DNA of 64,000 bases from the NCBI GenBank assembly GCA_015657545.1, contig JADHZC010000011.1:216571-280570 (forward strand), read 5' to 3'. The stretch is from Rickettsia sp. (GTDB taxonomy: Bacteria > Pseudomonadota > Alphaproteobacteria > Rickettsiales > Rickettsiaceae). The notes under the pieces are model-generated. The model searched no databases. It worked only from the letters and a program-made list of their open reading frames with translations, and was not told the DNA's origin. How positions within the stretch are numbered: the stretch's first letter is position 1; each line of letters opens with the position of its first letter. Below, piece by piece: positions 9,797 to 20,192 of this stretch. The position numbers and the translations under genes were made by a program.

Positions 9797-11707
9797 TTAT
9801 TGAGAAAATTTAACTCTTTTTTTTTTTCTAATTTCATCAGAAGGAATAATATGGCTATTCTTTTTTGTTTGTTTTATGGTCTCAGTTTGAACATTTTTTT
9901 CACTTTCGAATTCTTGTGTAACATTATCTGCTGAAGAAAGAGATAAAATTGATTCAGAAATTTCTTCTTGCTTTGCTTGGCTTTCTTTCATAATTTTTTC
10001 TATAATAAAGCTTTCAGAACTAGCTTGGTTATCTATATAAAAATTAAGCTTAACATTGTATTTTTTTTCAAAAAAAATTATTTCAGATTTCCTATAGTTC
10101 AATATGAATACTATTACTTTAGGATTTGCAAATAAATTCATTCCCCAAATTTTATCGACACAATAGCATAATTCATTTTCTATAGTTCTTAGGATCAGCA
10201 TTGCATTAGATTCGTTCATTCTTACTACTCCTTTGCCCTGACAATTATTACATATAGCTGTATTTAATTCTAAAAAAGAAGGATTAAGCCTCTGTCTAGA
10301 CATTTCAAGTAATCCAAAATCGCTAATTTTACTAATTTGAACTCTTGCTCTATCATGTCTAAAAAATTCCTTTAAGGATCTTTCAACAATACGTCTATTA
10401 TTAGTAGAATTCATATCGATAAAATCTATTACTATAAGACCAGATAAATTTTTCAACTGTACTTGATTTGCTATAACCTTACTTGCTTCTACATTATTTT
10501 TAAGAGCCATTTCTTCTACTGATCTACTATTGGTATATTTACCAGAATTAACATCTATTGAAATTAAAGCCTCTGTAGGATTAATTACTATAGTGCCCCC
10601 AGAAGGAAGTTCAACTATAGATTGGTAAAGTTTTGTGATTTGTTCTTCTAACTTATATTCTGATAATATAGGTTTCAGTTTTTTATACTCTTTTATGACT
10701 TCAATTTTATTCGGAGATATATTTTGCGTGAATTTCAAGAAATCTCTATATGTTTTTTCACCTTGAATTACCACTTCCCTTACATTTTCATCTAAATAAT
10801 CCCTTATTACTTTTAACAATATATTATCTTCATTATGTATAAAACAGGGTGCTTTTGAATTAAGAGTGATATTTCTCATTTTATTCCAAAGTTTTGTTAA
10901 ATATTGATAATCTTTCATTATTTCTTCAGGAGATTTACCTATAGCAGCTGTTCTAACAATAATACTTGAAAAATGGTTATTTTCATTTATTGTGAAAGAA
11001 TCTACAAGAGATCTTAATCTAGATCTTTCAGAAGGTAAGGATATTTTTTTAGAGATAAAATTATTTTTCTTATTATTAGGCATTAAAATGCAATATTTTC
11101 CTGCTAAAGAAATAAACGTACTTAAGCTTGGACCTTTGTTACCTTTTTCGTCTTTTACTACTTGTATTAATACAATATTTCCTTTTGATATCACTTCTTG
11201 TATCTTATAAATCGTGTCCGTATCTGTTTTTTTAGATGTTTCATCAAATATTTCATTTTCTGCTTCATTTTCTGAAATATTGATATTTGGTTGTGCAGAG
11301 CTGTTAACCAGGTCTTCGATTTTTTGAATATCAATTTTTTCCTGATCTATATCAAAATTTTCACTATATTTTATAGGATGATTTTTCTTTTTAAGAATAT
11401 CTTCATTATTCTCATCTAATGGAGCTAGAGTTTCGTCATTAATTTTTCTGTCTCCGATTGGTATATTGTAATAATCACTGGAAATTTCAGAAAAAGGCAA
11501 AAAGCCGCTTTTACTATGTCCAAAATCTACAAAAGCAGCTTGTAAAGACGGTTCTACTCTAGTAATTTTGGCAAGATATATATTTCCTTTGAGAGATTTT
11601 TTATGTTGAGATTCAGATTCAAAAATTTTAATTTTATTAAATTTATCTAAGACACAAATTCTTGTTTCGCCAGGAAAATTTGCATCTATTATAATTTTCT
11701 TGTTCAT
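9797..11707 (-). CDS. rne: Ribonuclease E/G family endoribonuclease
   Basis: N-terminal S1 domain (IYLAKITRVEPSLQAAFVDFG), catalytic core (GGTIVINPTEALISIDVNSG; LSGLIVIDFIDM) and a Zn-link-like motif CNNCQGKG. Confidence 0.85.
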   Translation of the reverse strand: MNKKIIIDANFPGETRICVLDKFNKIKIFESESQHKKSLKGNIYLAKITRVEPSLQAAFVDFGHSKSGFLPFSEISSDYYNIPIGDRKINDETLAPLDENNEDILKKKNHPIKYSENFDIDQEKIDIQKIEDLVNSSAQPNINISENEAENEIFDETSKKTDTDTIYKIQEVISKGNIVLIQVVKDEKGNKGPSLSTFISLAGKYCILMPNNKKNNFISKKISLPSERSRLRSLVDSFTINENNHFSSIIVRTAAIGKSPEEIMKDYQYLTKLWNKMRNITLNSKAPCFIHNEDNILLKVIRDYLDENVREVVIQGEKTYRDFLKFTQNISPNKIEVIKEYKKLKPILSEYKLEEQITKLYQSIVELPSGGTIVINPTEALISIDVNSGKYTNSRSVEEMALKNNVEASKVIANQVQLKNLSGLIVIDFIDMNSTNNRRIVERSLKEFFRHDRARVQISKISDFGLLEMSRQRLNPSFLELNTAICNNCQGKGVVRMNESNAMLILRTIENELCYCVDKIWGMNLFANPKVIVFILNYRKSEIIFFEKKYNVKLNFYIDNQASSESFIIEKIMKESQAKQEEISESILSLSSADNVTQEFESEKNVQTETIKQTKKNSHIIPSDEIRKKKRVKFSQ

Positions 11708-12207
11708 AGTTATTGGTTAAAATATTTTTTTTATAGCTTAAAGAGTTTTTTTTACATATCCTAAATAACACCTTCAAAAATAATCCATATATTTCTATCC
11801 TATAGAAATATAGTAAAAATGGGACATGGAGCATAAAACGAAATTTTATATGAGCACAAGCTTTAGGCATCAATTATGATAAAAATTGGATAGAAATAGA
11901 TATTAATAAAAATATACACAAAAGAAATTACATTATCTATGTATAAAGGTCTTAACGCTACATAGCGAAACATTTTGAGTATTAGGCTACATGAGCAAGA
12001 CCTAAATTCTACATTTATGACTTACCAAAGTCAATAAAGCTAAATTAAAATTATCCGACATTAGTTGTGCTCATATCTTGAAGACAAAAAACATTTATGA
12101 TATAACCCCTTCTTTAGGTCTGATAGTTTTTTTACAAATCAAAAATTGTGTTTGTTGATAAATTATTTGAATCTTATGTTTATATATTGACAAAAAAGTT
12201 ATATTCC

Positions 12208-12690
12208 ATGGATGTTATTTTAGTAAAAGATGTGAAATCTTTAGGAAAAATAGGGGATATCGTTCCTGTAGCAAGGGGATTTGCTTTACATTATTTAATT
12301 GCTAATAAATTTGCTATATATTCTACTGATCAAAATAAAAAAATAGTTCAGGAGAAAAAAAATAAACTTTTAAAAGATGATGAATTAGAAAAAAGTCAAT
12401 TGCTTCAAATTTGTACAAAAATTCACAATCAGAATTTGCAGTTAGTTATGCAAGCATCAAAGGATGGAAAATTATTTGGATCAGTAAATGCAAAAAAAAT
12501 TTCTCTTGAAATATCAAAAATTTTTTCAGTTGAGGTAAATTATCTTAATATCAAATTAACGGAACCCATCAAACAAACAGGAATACATGATATAGAAATT
12601 TTTTTTACTGATGAAATTAAAGCAAATATAAAGCTTTTCGTTGCAGAAAGTGAGTCTGCTATCAAAAAAATGGTATCTTTTGAAAAATAA
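12208..12690 (+). CDS. rplI: 50S ribosomal protein L9
   Basis: MDVILVKDVKSLGKIGDIVPVARGFALHYLI is the canonical L9 N-terminus. The ORF-track start at 12148 is an upstream GTG extension. Confidence 0.9.
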   Translation: MDVILVKDVKSLGKIGDIVPVARGFALHYLIANKFAIYSTDQNKKIVQEKKNKLLKDDELEKSQLLQICTKIHNQNLQLVMQASKDGKLFGSVNAKKISLEISKIFSVEVNYLNIKLTEPIKQTGIHDIEIFFTDEIKANIKLFVAESESAIKKMVSFEK

Positions 12691-12885
12691 TTTTTCTATC
12701 TAAAATTATTTACTTTGTTTTGGATCTCCTCAAAAGAACCAGATATTAAATAATATATGTAACAAGTGAGGAAAATTAATTTTAGACCAAATATTTTGTA
12801 ACTTATGGTGTTTTGAATTTAATTTTTGAAATGGGTAGAGAAATTATTAATCATGTTGATCAAAAGCTTGCGTAAACACACTTCT

Positions 12886-13356
12886 TTAGGGGCGAGTTAA
12901 GCAAGCAATTTTAGTCATTTTTGTTGCCTGATTTATTTGTTTTGCAGAAGGAGGGGTTCTTTGGTTTTCTATATATTTTTTTACTATGTCTATAGATACA
13001 TCTCCGGTGGATACAACACAATAGCTAGGAGACCAAAAATGTTTTCCCCAAAGTTTTGCTTTTATCAAATTGTAAAATTCTTTTTTTAAAATATAAGAAG
13101 ATTTCCCCTTTAATTTGCTTACAATGTTAGATAAAGCATGCTTAGGGTGTAAATCCAACAAAATATGTACATGGTCATCTTCCCCTCCAAATTCTAATAA
13201 ATTACATTGCATTTGTTGTGCTGTTTCTGTAAGAACATCTTTTAATCTTACAAGCATTTCTTTAGTTAGGGCATTGCGTCTATATTTAGTTATAAATACT
13301 AAATGTATATAATTTTTAAAAATACAACTTCTTCCAGCTCTCCAGGGGTAATTCAT
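12886..13356 (-). CDS. tnpA: IS200/IS605-family Y1 (HUH) transposase TnpA
   Basis: HLVFITKYRR, the HUH motif DHVHILLD, LKGKSS, and FWSPSYCVVSTG...KKYIENQ (catalytic Tyr helix). Confidence 0.9.
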   Translation of the reverse strand: MNYPWRAGRSCIFKNYIHLVFITKYRRNALTKEMLVRLKDVLTETAQQMQCNLLEFGGEDDHVHILLDLHPKHALSNIVSKLKGKSSYILKKEFYNLIKAKLWGKHFWSPSYCVVSTGDVSIDIVKKYIENQRTPPSAKQINQATKMTKIACLTRP

Positions 13357-13433
13357 ATAAAAAGACTTGACGATTTAAAGCTTATATTATACTGCTATAA
13401 ATATATATTTTCTACTATATAAAAAACTTTTAA

Positions 13434-14143
13434 ATGGAAGAAATAAAATTTAGAGCAAGACCAACTAAATATCAAAAAGACATTTTGGATCAATAGCTGG
13501 GTTGTGCTAAATTTATCTGAAATGCAAAATGCTCAGAAGAAAAATATTACAGAAATTTTGCTCAAATATTATCCAATTGAAATATATGTTTCTGTAGATC
13601 AATCTATGTTTATCATTTTTATTTGATTGTCCCTCTGTTATACAAAGAAATACAGAAAGTAATTGGTATTTTACTTATAGAAATTTTATAAAAAGCAAAT
13701 GTGGAAAACCAAGATTCAAAAAAATACCTAGTAACGGCAATCTGTAGATTCAAAAAAACCTAATATTGGAAGTATATATTTGATTGATAATAGAAATTTT
13801 TAATTTTCATCAAAACAAAAAAACAATTTAAGATTGTTTATAGGATCTATAAAGAACAATATAGGATATTTGTCCTTTGCAGCATATAAAAAATTTAAAA
13901 TTCTAAACTCTATATACGTAAAGAGAGAAATTTGGCCAAAATATTACTTAAATTTTGGATATAAGAAAGAGTAATGGAGACAAATAATATCTCCAGAAGG
14001 TAGAATAAATGATCTTAGAAGTAAATCTATATCTTATTTTTAAATAAATATTTTGTTTGTAAGATAGAGATTCAAGATATCAAGCCAAGCAGAAGATGTA
14101 AGTTTAATATGATTATAAAAGAAAAATAACAAATTTAAGTCTC
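13434..14143 (+). pseudogene. tnpB: IS605-family tnpB (OrfB) pseudogene, truncated after the RuvC-I region
   Basis: Reads MEEIKFRARPTKYQKDILDQ*LGCAKFI*N..., ...CGKPRFKK..., matching the TnpB N-terminal signature. It has more than 10 in-frame stops. No RuvC-II/III or zinc-ribbon segment follows. Confidence 0.75.
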
Positions 14144-14399
14144 TTTTGTAATTCCTTTATTTTTTTCTTCTTATTCATCTGTATTTGAAAGTTCTAATTT
14201 TAGATTATAAGCTTCTATCCTCTACTTAGCCTGCTATTTTAATCTCTCTATTTATTGCTATTATATTTTTCTAAGTAAATTTTAACTACTAACAAGGATC
14301 ATTTTTTGTAATTAATGATAGTTTAGTATAACTAAAATGCATAAAAGCATAATATCTTTATTGATTGTGCTAAACATCATCTAAAGAAGTACGAACGTT

Positions 14400-15038
14400 C
14401 TATTTTAAGGGTAAAGATTCTATAAAATCTAATACAGATTCTAATACTCTAGTATCTATGGAATGAGTAAGATTAGGTATGATCTTTTTTATAAATTTAA
14501 TTTTTTCTTTTTTTAGTTGGTTTGCCATTAAAGAAGAAAATTTCACATCTACTACTTCATCATCTTGTCCATGAATAATGCAAAAATCTGTTTGTCTATT
14601 ATGAATAATAGGAGGTAATATTAAATAAGAAGATAAACTCACGATAGCTTTAAAAGCCTTGAGTTGAGATAAAGCTAAATAATTAGCAACCATAGCTCCT
14701 TGAGAAAAACCTAATAAAATTGTTTGATGATTCCCTAACCCAAGACTCTCTTGTTTATTTTGAATAAGAGATAAAATCTCGTGCATATTTTTTTCGAGAG
14801 CATTTTGCATCTTATCTATTGTGCGATCCTGAAGACTAAACCATTGTCTACCAAAGGCTCCGCCTGCGTAAGGTTCAATACCATGAGGAGAAAAAAAATA
14901 ACTATTCATTAATCTTTGTTGTAAAAATGGAACAAGACTAATCAAATCATGTCCATCAGACCCTAAACCATGTAACAAGACTATCAACTCATCTGGATTA
15001 GAAGATAAAGAGGGTAATTGAGGGTGATTCATAAACAA
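14400..15038 (-). CDS. Alpha/beta hydrolase, phospholipase/carboxylesterase family
   Basis: LLHGLGSDGHDL, the nucleophile elbow GFSQGA (GxSxG), and a later HGQDDEVV and H in LTHSI. About 210 aa. Confidence 0.75.
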   Translation of the reverse strand: MFMNHPQLPSLSSNPDELIVLLHGLGSDGHDLISLVPFLQQRLMNSYFFSPHGIEPYAGGAFGRQWFSLQDRTIDKMQNALEKNMHEILSLIQNKQESLGLGNHQTILLGFSQGAMVANYLALSQLKAFKAIVSLSSYLILPPIIHNRQTDFCIIHGQDDEVVDVKFSSLMANQLKKEKIKFIKKIIPNLTHSIDTRVLESVLDFIESLPLK

Positions 15039-15866
15039 TTATTCAAGAAAATTATAAGGCATATTCTTATATTTTATACCTAAAGAAGATTCATTTAACA
15101 AGATAATTTCTACTCTGATATTTTGGGGATGCTCTGGATCATCAATATTCATTGGATCCCTATCAGCTCTACCTATTACACTCAAAATATGATTATTAAA
15201 AAGATGATTCTTATTTACCAAAAATTTTCTTACTTGATTTGCCCTAAGAAAAGATAAAAGCCAAATATCGTTTGAATTTTTTCTTGAAGATTTACGAGTA
15301 TGTCCAGCAATTGAGAAGAAATTTTTTTCATTTTGTAAAATCTCTGCTAAATAAGACAAAGTCTGTTTCATATATATCTGCATCATATCTGTATCTGGTT
15401 GAAACATAGGTCTATCTACACTATCAACTACCTGAATTCTAAGTCCATTCTTAGTTATATCTAAAAATACATTTTCTAAAAATTCTTGCAATCCTTGATG
15501 CGTCCTTAAATTATTAATAATTTTTCTAAATTTTATCTCATCTTTTCTGTCAATTTTATATCTTGCTAAAAATTCTTCTAAATTAACTTTATCTAAACTA
15601 ACAGATATATTAGCATAGTGAGAAGAAGATTGTTTCAAAGATATACCTAAAGCATTTTGTGAATTTTCTGATTCCTTATTAGACATATTAAAAAAACTAG
15701 ACATTTTTGCTAAATCTTCTTTAGAAGAAACACTAATCAACCACATAACTAAGAAGAAAGCCATCATAGCAGTCACAAAATCAGAATAAGCTATTTTCCA
15801 AGAACCTTTTTTTGAAGTTGTATCAGTATTTAGTGCTTTTTTTATTATAATTTTTTTTCGACTCAT
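15039..15866 (-). CDS. motB: Flagellar motor stator protein MotB
   Basis: SWKIAYSDFVTAMMAFFLVMWL (plug/TM with the conserved Asp) plus a C-terminal OmpA-like domain (...NIRVEIIL). Confidence 0.9.
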   Translation of the reverse strand: MSRKKIIIKKALNTDTTSKKGSWKIAYSDFVTAMMAFFLVMWLISVSSKEDLAKMSSFFNMSNKESENSQNALGISLKQSSSHYANISVSLDKVNLEEFLARYKIDRKDEIKFRKIINNLRTHQGLQEFLENVFLDITKNGLRIQVVDSVDRPMFQPDTDMMQIYMKQTLSYLAEILQNEKNFFSIAGHTRKSSRKNSNDIWLLSFLRANQVRKFLVNKNHLFNNHILSVIGRADRDPMNIDDPEHPQNIRVEIILLNESSLGIKYKNMPYNFLE

Positions 15867-15899
15867 AAATAATTTTAAAAAAATATTTAGTTAATTGTT

Positions 15900-16736
15900 C
15901 TAATTACTAATAAATTCTTCTACTTCTTCAAATGAAGGTCTTATTTTTATGGGAATTGCTTTTCTAATAATTTCAATTAAAATCAGAGATGAATATCCTT
16001 CCAAATGAGCAACAAATGCTTTTTTAATTACATCTAGAAAAATTAACTCGTAATCTGAATATTTATTAAGATATTCTCCCATAGGACCGAACATCCCATA
16101 AGCAAAAAAAATTCCAGAGAAAGTGCCAACCAATGCAGCAGCTATCATTGCTCCTAAAACTTCTGGGGGTTCTGCAATACTTTTCATAGAAACAATTACA
16201 CCTAAAACAGCAGCTACAATACCCAGAGCAGGAAGAGAATCAGCTAGAGTTTCAAAAATTTTGGAAGGTGATTTTAGATCTTTTTTAAAAAGCAAAATTT
16301 CTGTATCTAATAAATCTTCAAAAGCATATCTTTCTTTTACTCCTATAATAAGCAATCTTAGAGCATCTGTTATAAAATCTTTAACACTTTTATCTTGAAT
16401 AAATTCTATTTCTTGAACAATAATTCCATCATCTAGTTCCTTTTCAAGCGCAATTACTCCTTCTGCTTTAATTTTTTTAAATACTTTTCCCAAAAATTTT
16501 AAAATATTTAGATATGCTCTTTTATCATAAGGAGCATTTTTAAATAAAAATCTCAGAGATTTAAGCATTGTAACAATATTACTAAATGGATTACTTAGCA
16601 TAATGCTTGCAACACCAGAACCTAAAATGATAAGATATTCGCTTGGTTGCCAAAGCAAAATAAGACTGCCATGACCCCAAACATATCCAAAACCAACAGA
16701 AAAAAATAATACGAAAATGCCTAAAAAAAATAACAT
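15900..16736 (-). CDS. motA: Flagellar motor stator protein MotA
   Basis: Four-TM MotA/TolQ/ExbB topology with the C-terminal LPALGIVAAVLGVI...ALVGTFSGIFFAYG. Lies immediately upstream of motB. Confidence 0.85.
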   Translation of the reverse strand: MLFFLGIFVLFFSVGFGYVWGHGSLILLWQPSEYLIILGSGVASIMLSNPFSNIVTMLKSLRFLFKNAPYDKRAYLNILKFLGKVFKKIKAEGVIALEKELDDGIIVQEIEFIQDKSVKDFITDALRLLIIGVKERYAFEDLLDTEILLFKKDLKSPSKIFETLADSLPALGIVAAVLGVIVSMKSIAEPPEVLGAMIAAALVGTFSGIFFAYGMFGPMGEYLNKYSDYELIFLDVIKKAFVAHLEGYSSLILIEIIRKAIPIKIRPSFEEVEEFISN

Positions 16737-16757
16737 GTAAGAAAAATTACCATCTAT

Positions 16758-17213
16758 TTATCTAATAAATCGAAAAAACTCCTCTAAAATAAGCTCTGAC
16801 TCCTCACGCATGATATCACAATAAATTTCTGGAATATAATTAAAAATCTTCTGACCAAGCAATAAATTTCTACTAAGTACACCTTTTGCTTCATCTGAGG
16901 CTGCGTAATATATTTTCTTAATTCTATGTTTTACTATAGCATCAAGACACATCAAGCAAGGTTCTAGAGTTATATATATACTACATTCTGTTAGATATTT
17001 GCTTCGCAAAAATTTAGTAGCTCTAAACAAAGCTATAATCTCTGCATGTAATAAAGGATTATTAAATTTATGTACTAAATTATAAGCTGAAGAAATAATA
17101 TTTCCTGCAGAGTCTGCAATAACAGAACCAACAGGTACATCTATTTTAGATTTAAGAGCAATTTTAGCTTGCTTTAAAGCCAAAGCCATAAATCTGTTAT
17201 AAAAAATAGTCAC
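16758..17213 (-). CDS. tadA: tRNA-specific adenosine deaminase TadA
   Basis: Carries the CDA zinc motifs HAEIIAL and PCLMCLDAI. About 150 aa. Confidence 0.9.
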   Translation of the reverse strand: MTIFYNRFMALALKQAKIALKSKIDVPVGSVIADSAGNIISSAYNLVHKFNNPLLHAEIIALFRATKFLRSKYLTECSIYITLEPCLMCLDAIVKHRIKKIYYAASDEAKGVLSRNLLLGQKIFNYIPEIYCDIMREESELILEEFFRFIR

Positions 17214-17303
17214 ATTAAATTTTTTTTCTTTCCTGATTAAAAAAATGAAAGATATTTTTTCTATTTTGAATATTAAAAACAGTTCAAATATGAAGAAACA
17301 TAT

Positions 17304-17831
17304 TTAATTTTTGGATTTTACACTATTTTCTTTCAAATAAGCTATCATAGCAGCTAATTCAGAATTTTTTTTGAGGCCAATAAAAGACATTTTAGTTCCA
17401 GGAACAAATTTAGATGGCTTTTTTAAAAATTCAAACAAAGATTCTTCATCCCAAATACCTTCTAAATTTTGGAATGCTTTTGAATAATTAAAACCCTCTT
17501 GTCCAGCTTTTTTAGAATAAAATATATCATAAAGATTAGGGCCTATTTTATGATCACCATCTTTAGTAATTGAATGGCAAGAGACACATTTTTTAAATAT
17601 ATTTTTTCCTTCCTGAGCTGAAGCTTGATCTACTAACAACTTTATATTTACATATTCTTCTTTTTGAATAACATCTTGTTCTGTACCTCCTTCAACAAAA
17701 ATTGTGAAACCGCGTTCAACCACTGTATTGGGTTTATATAAAATATCTGCAAAAAAACCTGCAAGCATAGCAATTAAGCTGGACAGTAAAATAGATGCAA
17801 ATATTTTATTGGATTCTAAGTTATTAGACAT
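17304..17831 (-). CDS. cycM: Membrane-anchored mitochondrial-type cytochrome c (CycM-like)
   Basis: N-terminal TM anchor, heme site CVSCH, and the distal Met in PGTKMSF. The start is moved to the internal ATG (MSNNLESNK...), which removes the overlap with tsaD. Confidence 0.8.
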   Translation of the reverse strand: MSNNLESNKIFASILLSSLIAMLAGFFADILYKPNTVVERGFTIFVEGGTEQDVIQKEEYVNIKLLVDQASAQEGKNIFKKCVSCHSITKDGDHKIGPNLYDIFYSKKAGQEGFNYSKAFQNLEGIWDEESLFEFLKKPSKFVPGTKMSFIGLKKNSELAAMIAYLKENSVKSKN

Positions 17832-17839
17832 AATATTTA

Positions 17840-18901
17840 TTATGAAATATTTACTTCTTCCAAATTCCACCTAGGCTTAGGCTCAAAGAAAATATCACTA
17901 AATTTCCTTAATTTCAATCTTTCCATTCCAGCAAAAGCTATCATAGCAGCATTGTCCCTGCATAAAACTTTACTTGGCACTATAAGACAGTACCCATAAT
18001 TTTTTACAAAAGAAGATAATTCGTTTTTTATATAAGAATTACAAGCAACACCTCCCGCTATAACTAAATTTTTTTCCTTTAGTTCAATATTATATTTTTT
18101 TACATAATTTTCAAAAATCTTTATAGCATTTTGAGTTTTTTTACAAAGAATTTCAGTTACAGTATGTTGAAAACTAGCAGAAAGATCTTTAACAAATTTT
18201 TGATCTACACAAGATGTTTGATTTATCAAAATACTAATATTAGTTTTCAAACCAGAAAAAGACATATTACAATCATCTCTGTTGAACAAGGGTTTAGAAA
18301 GTACAAATCTAAATCTATCTCCCAATTTAGCATTTTTTTCAATCTCTGGACCTCCAGGAAAAGGAAGTTTTAACATTTTAGCAACTTTATCAAAACATTC
18401 TCCCAAAGCATCATCTAATGTTTTGCCTAAAATTTGGTAGTTACCAAAATTCTTGACTAACACAAATTGACTATGTCCACCACTAATTAATAAAACAAGA
18501 TATGGATAGGAAATTTTTTTTTCAATTTGAGGGCTTAAAATATGCCCTTCTAAATGATTAATTTCTATTATAGGTTTTTTCAAAATAGAAGCAATTGATT
18601 TTGCATAAGTAATACCTACAATTAAACTTCCTACAAGACCAGGACCAGAACAAACAGAAACAGCATCAATCAATTTCCAGTTAATTTCAGAAATTTTTAA
18701 AGAATCTACAATCGCATTTTGCAAATTTTCAAGATGAGAACGCGAAGCTATTTCAGGTACAATACCCGAGAATTTTGAATGAAACTCATCTTGAGAAATG
18801 ATAACATTAGATAACACTCCTAAATCAGAATCAAAAATAGAGACTGCGCTATCATCACAACTAGATTCAATAGCTATAATCTTTTTAGCATTTTCAATCA
18901 C
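17840..18901 (-). CDS. tsaD: tRNA N6-adenosine threonylcarbamoyltransferase TsaD
   Basis: IAIESSCDDSAVSI, NHLEGHIL and LLISGGHSQ are characteristic of the Kae1/TsaD family. Confidence 0.95.
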   Translation of the reverse strand: MIENAKKIIAIESSCDDSAVSIFDSDLGVLSNVIISQDEFHSKFSGIVPEIASRSHLENLQNAIVDSLKISEINWKLIDAVSVCSGPGLVGSLIVGITYAKSIASILKKPIIEINHLEGHILSPQIEKKISYPYLVLLISGGHSQFVLVKNFGNYQILGKTLDDALGECFDKVAKMLKLPFPGGPEIEKNAKLGDRFRFVLSKPLFNRDDCNMSFSGLKTNISILINQTSCVDQKFVKDLSASFQHTVTEILCKKTQNAIKIFENYVKKYNIELKEKNLVIAGGVACNSYIKNELSSFVKNYGYCLIVPSKVLCRDNAAMIAFAGMERLKLRKFSDIFFEPKPRWNLEEVNIS

Positions 18902-18908
18902 TGCTTTT

Positions 18909-20192
18909 TTATTCCTTTTTTTTCATGAGTTTTTTTTGACCATCCATATAAGGAATCAAAACAGACGGAATTGATATTGAGTGATTTAAATCCTGGTAAT
19001 TTTCTGCTATAGCTATAATGGTCCTCCCAATAGCTGTTGACGAAGCATTTAAACTATGAGCAAGAACATTTTTATTATTGGCATCTTTATATCTAATATT
19101 AGCTCTCCTAGACTGAAAATCCCTACAGTTAGAAATACTAGAAATTTCTTTATAAATCTTACTAGCTGGTAACCATATTTCGATATCAAACGTCTTAGAA
19201 GCTGTAAATCCTGTATCTCCTCCACATAGAACTACAACTCTATAAGGAATTTCTAATTTCTTTAATAAATTTTCAACAACATGCAATAAGAACTCATGTT
19301 CTTCTTTAGAATTTAGCTCATCAGTAATACTAACAAGTTCTACCTTACCAAATTGATGATTTCTTATTAAACCTTTGTTTTCAACCCCTGCGCTACCAGC
19401 TTCTCTTCTGAAACAGGAAGTGAAGGCAACAAATCTTTTAGGTAATTCTTCTAACTTTAAAATACTGTCTGCAACCATATTAACTAAAGGAACTTCTCCA
19501 GTTGGAATTAAGCCAAGCTTATCTTCTGATAAAAGATAAAGATCATTGTGAAACTTATACAATTGTCCAGTATTATAAAGAGCGGATTCTCTTACAATAT
19601 AAGGAGGGTAAAGCTCTTCAAAACCATAATTAGTATTATGATCTATCATGAAATTTATCAAAGCTCTATTAAATTTAGCTAAATCACCTTTTAAAGTTAC
19701 AAATTTGCTTCCAGAGAATTTAGAAGTATTTATAAAATCTATCATTTGTAAATCATTGAGGATCTTATCATGTGTCTGAATCTCAAAAGAAAATTTTTTA
19801 TCAGAAGCATCATAAGTTTTTAACACTTGATTCATATCCTCTCCGATACCTTCTGGTACATCTTCATCTAGTAAATTTGGGACCTCGCTCAACATTTTAT
19901 GTAACTTCTCTTCAACTATTGACCTATTATCTAATTCAGATAATTTTTCATCAATATGGTCTATATCCCTTTTAAGATTGATTACATCCCTATTAGAAAC
20001 ACCTCGAAATTTTGCTAACAAAGCAGATTTTTTACTTTTGGACTGTTTAAAACTTTGTATTAAAGTAGTAATTTGCCTTACTTCTTCATCTAAAGTTAAT
20101 AATGTTTCTAAATCAAAATCTGGAATATTTCTCTTTTTTAAAAATTTACTAAAACTCTCCTTGTTATTTCTTATCCATTTTATACTTAACAT
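18909..20192 (-). CDS. serS: Seryl-tRNA synthetase
   Basis: N-terminal coiled-coil arm. Class II motifs FRREAGSAG..KGLIRNHQF and ...NASSTAIGRTIIAIAEN. Confidence 0.95.
   Translation of the reverse strand: MLSIKWIRNNKESFSKFLKKRNIPDFDLETLLTLDEEVRQITTLIQSFKQSKSKKSALLAKFRGVSNRDVINLKRDIDHIDEKLSELDNRSIVEEKLHKMLSEVPNLLDEDVPEGIGEDMNQVLKTYDASDKKFSFEIQTHDKILNDLQMIDFINTSKFSGSKFVTLKGDLAKFNRALINFMIDHNTNYGFEELYPPYIVRESALYNTGQLYKFHNDLYLLSEDKLGLIPTGEVPLVNMVADSILKLEELPKRFVAFTSCFRREAGSAGVENKGLIRNHQFGKVELVSITDELNSKEEHEFLLHVVENLLKKLEIPYRVVVLCGGDTGFTASKTFDIEIWLPASKIYKEISSISNCRDFQSRRANIRYKDANNKNVLAHSLNASSTAIGRTIIAIAENYQDLNHSISIPSVLIPYMDGQKKLMKKKE

Larger units (their letters stand above)
12860..14145. mobile_element. 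IS200/IS605-family insertion sequence (divergent tnpA / decayed tnpB); ends approximate
   Basis: Intact Y1 transposase ORF with a divergent tnpB-like pseudogene. The right limit is set where homology with the second copy (3157-3875) ends. An imperfect inverted repeat gcttgcgtaa/ttaagcaagc (12866-12906) lies at the tnpA-distal end. Confidence 0.65.

Noticed and set aside
9826-9837. Long homopolymer runs inside coding regions (A/T x10-12 here and near 26509, 30337, 32288, 33347, 59412 and 60348) as possible phase-variation switches
   Set aside because: All encode poly-Lys stretches in housekeeping genes of an extremely AT-rich genome. This is the expected compositional by-product, not a contingency locus, although transcriptional slippage is possible.
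11643-11873. 76-aa minus-strand ORF overlapping the start of the RNase E/G gene
   Set aside because: It is out of frame with rne and overlaps its 5' end. It has no RBS or motif support and probably lies in the rne leader.
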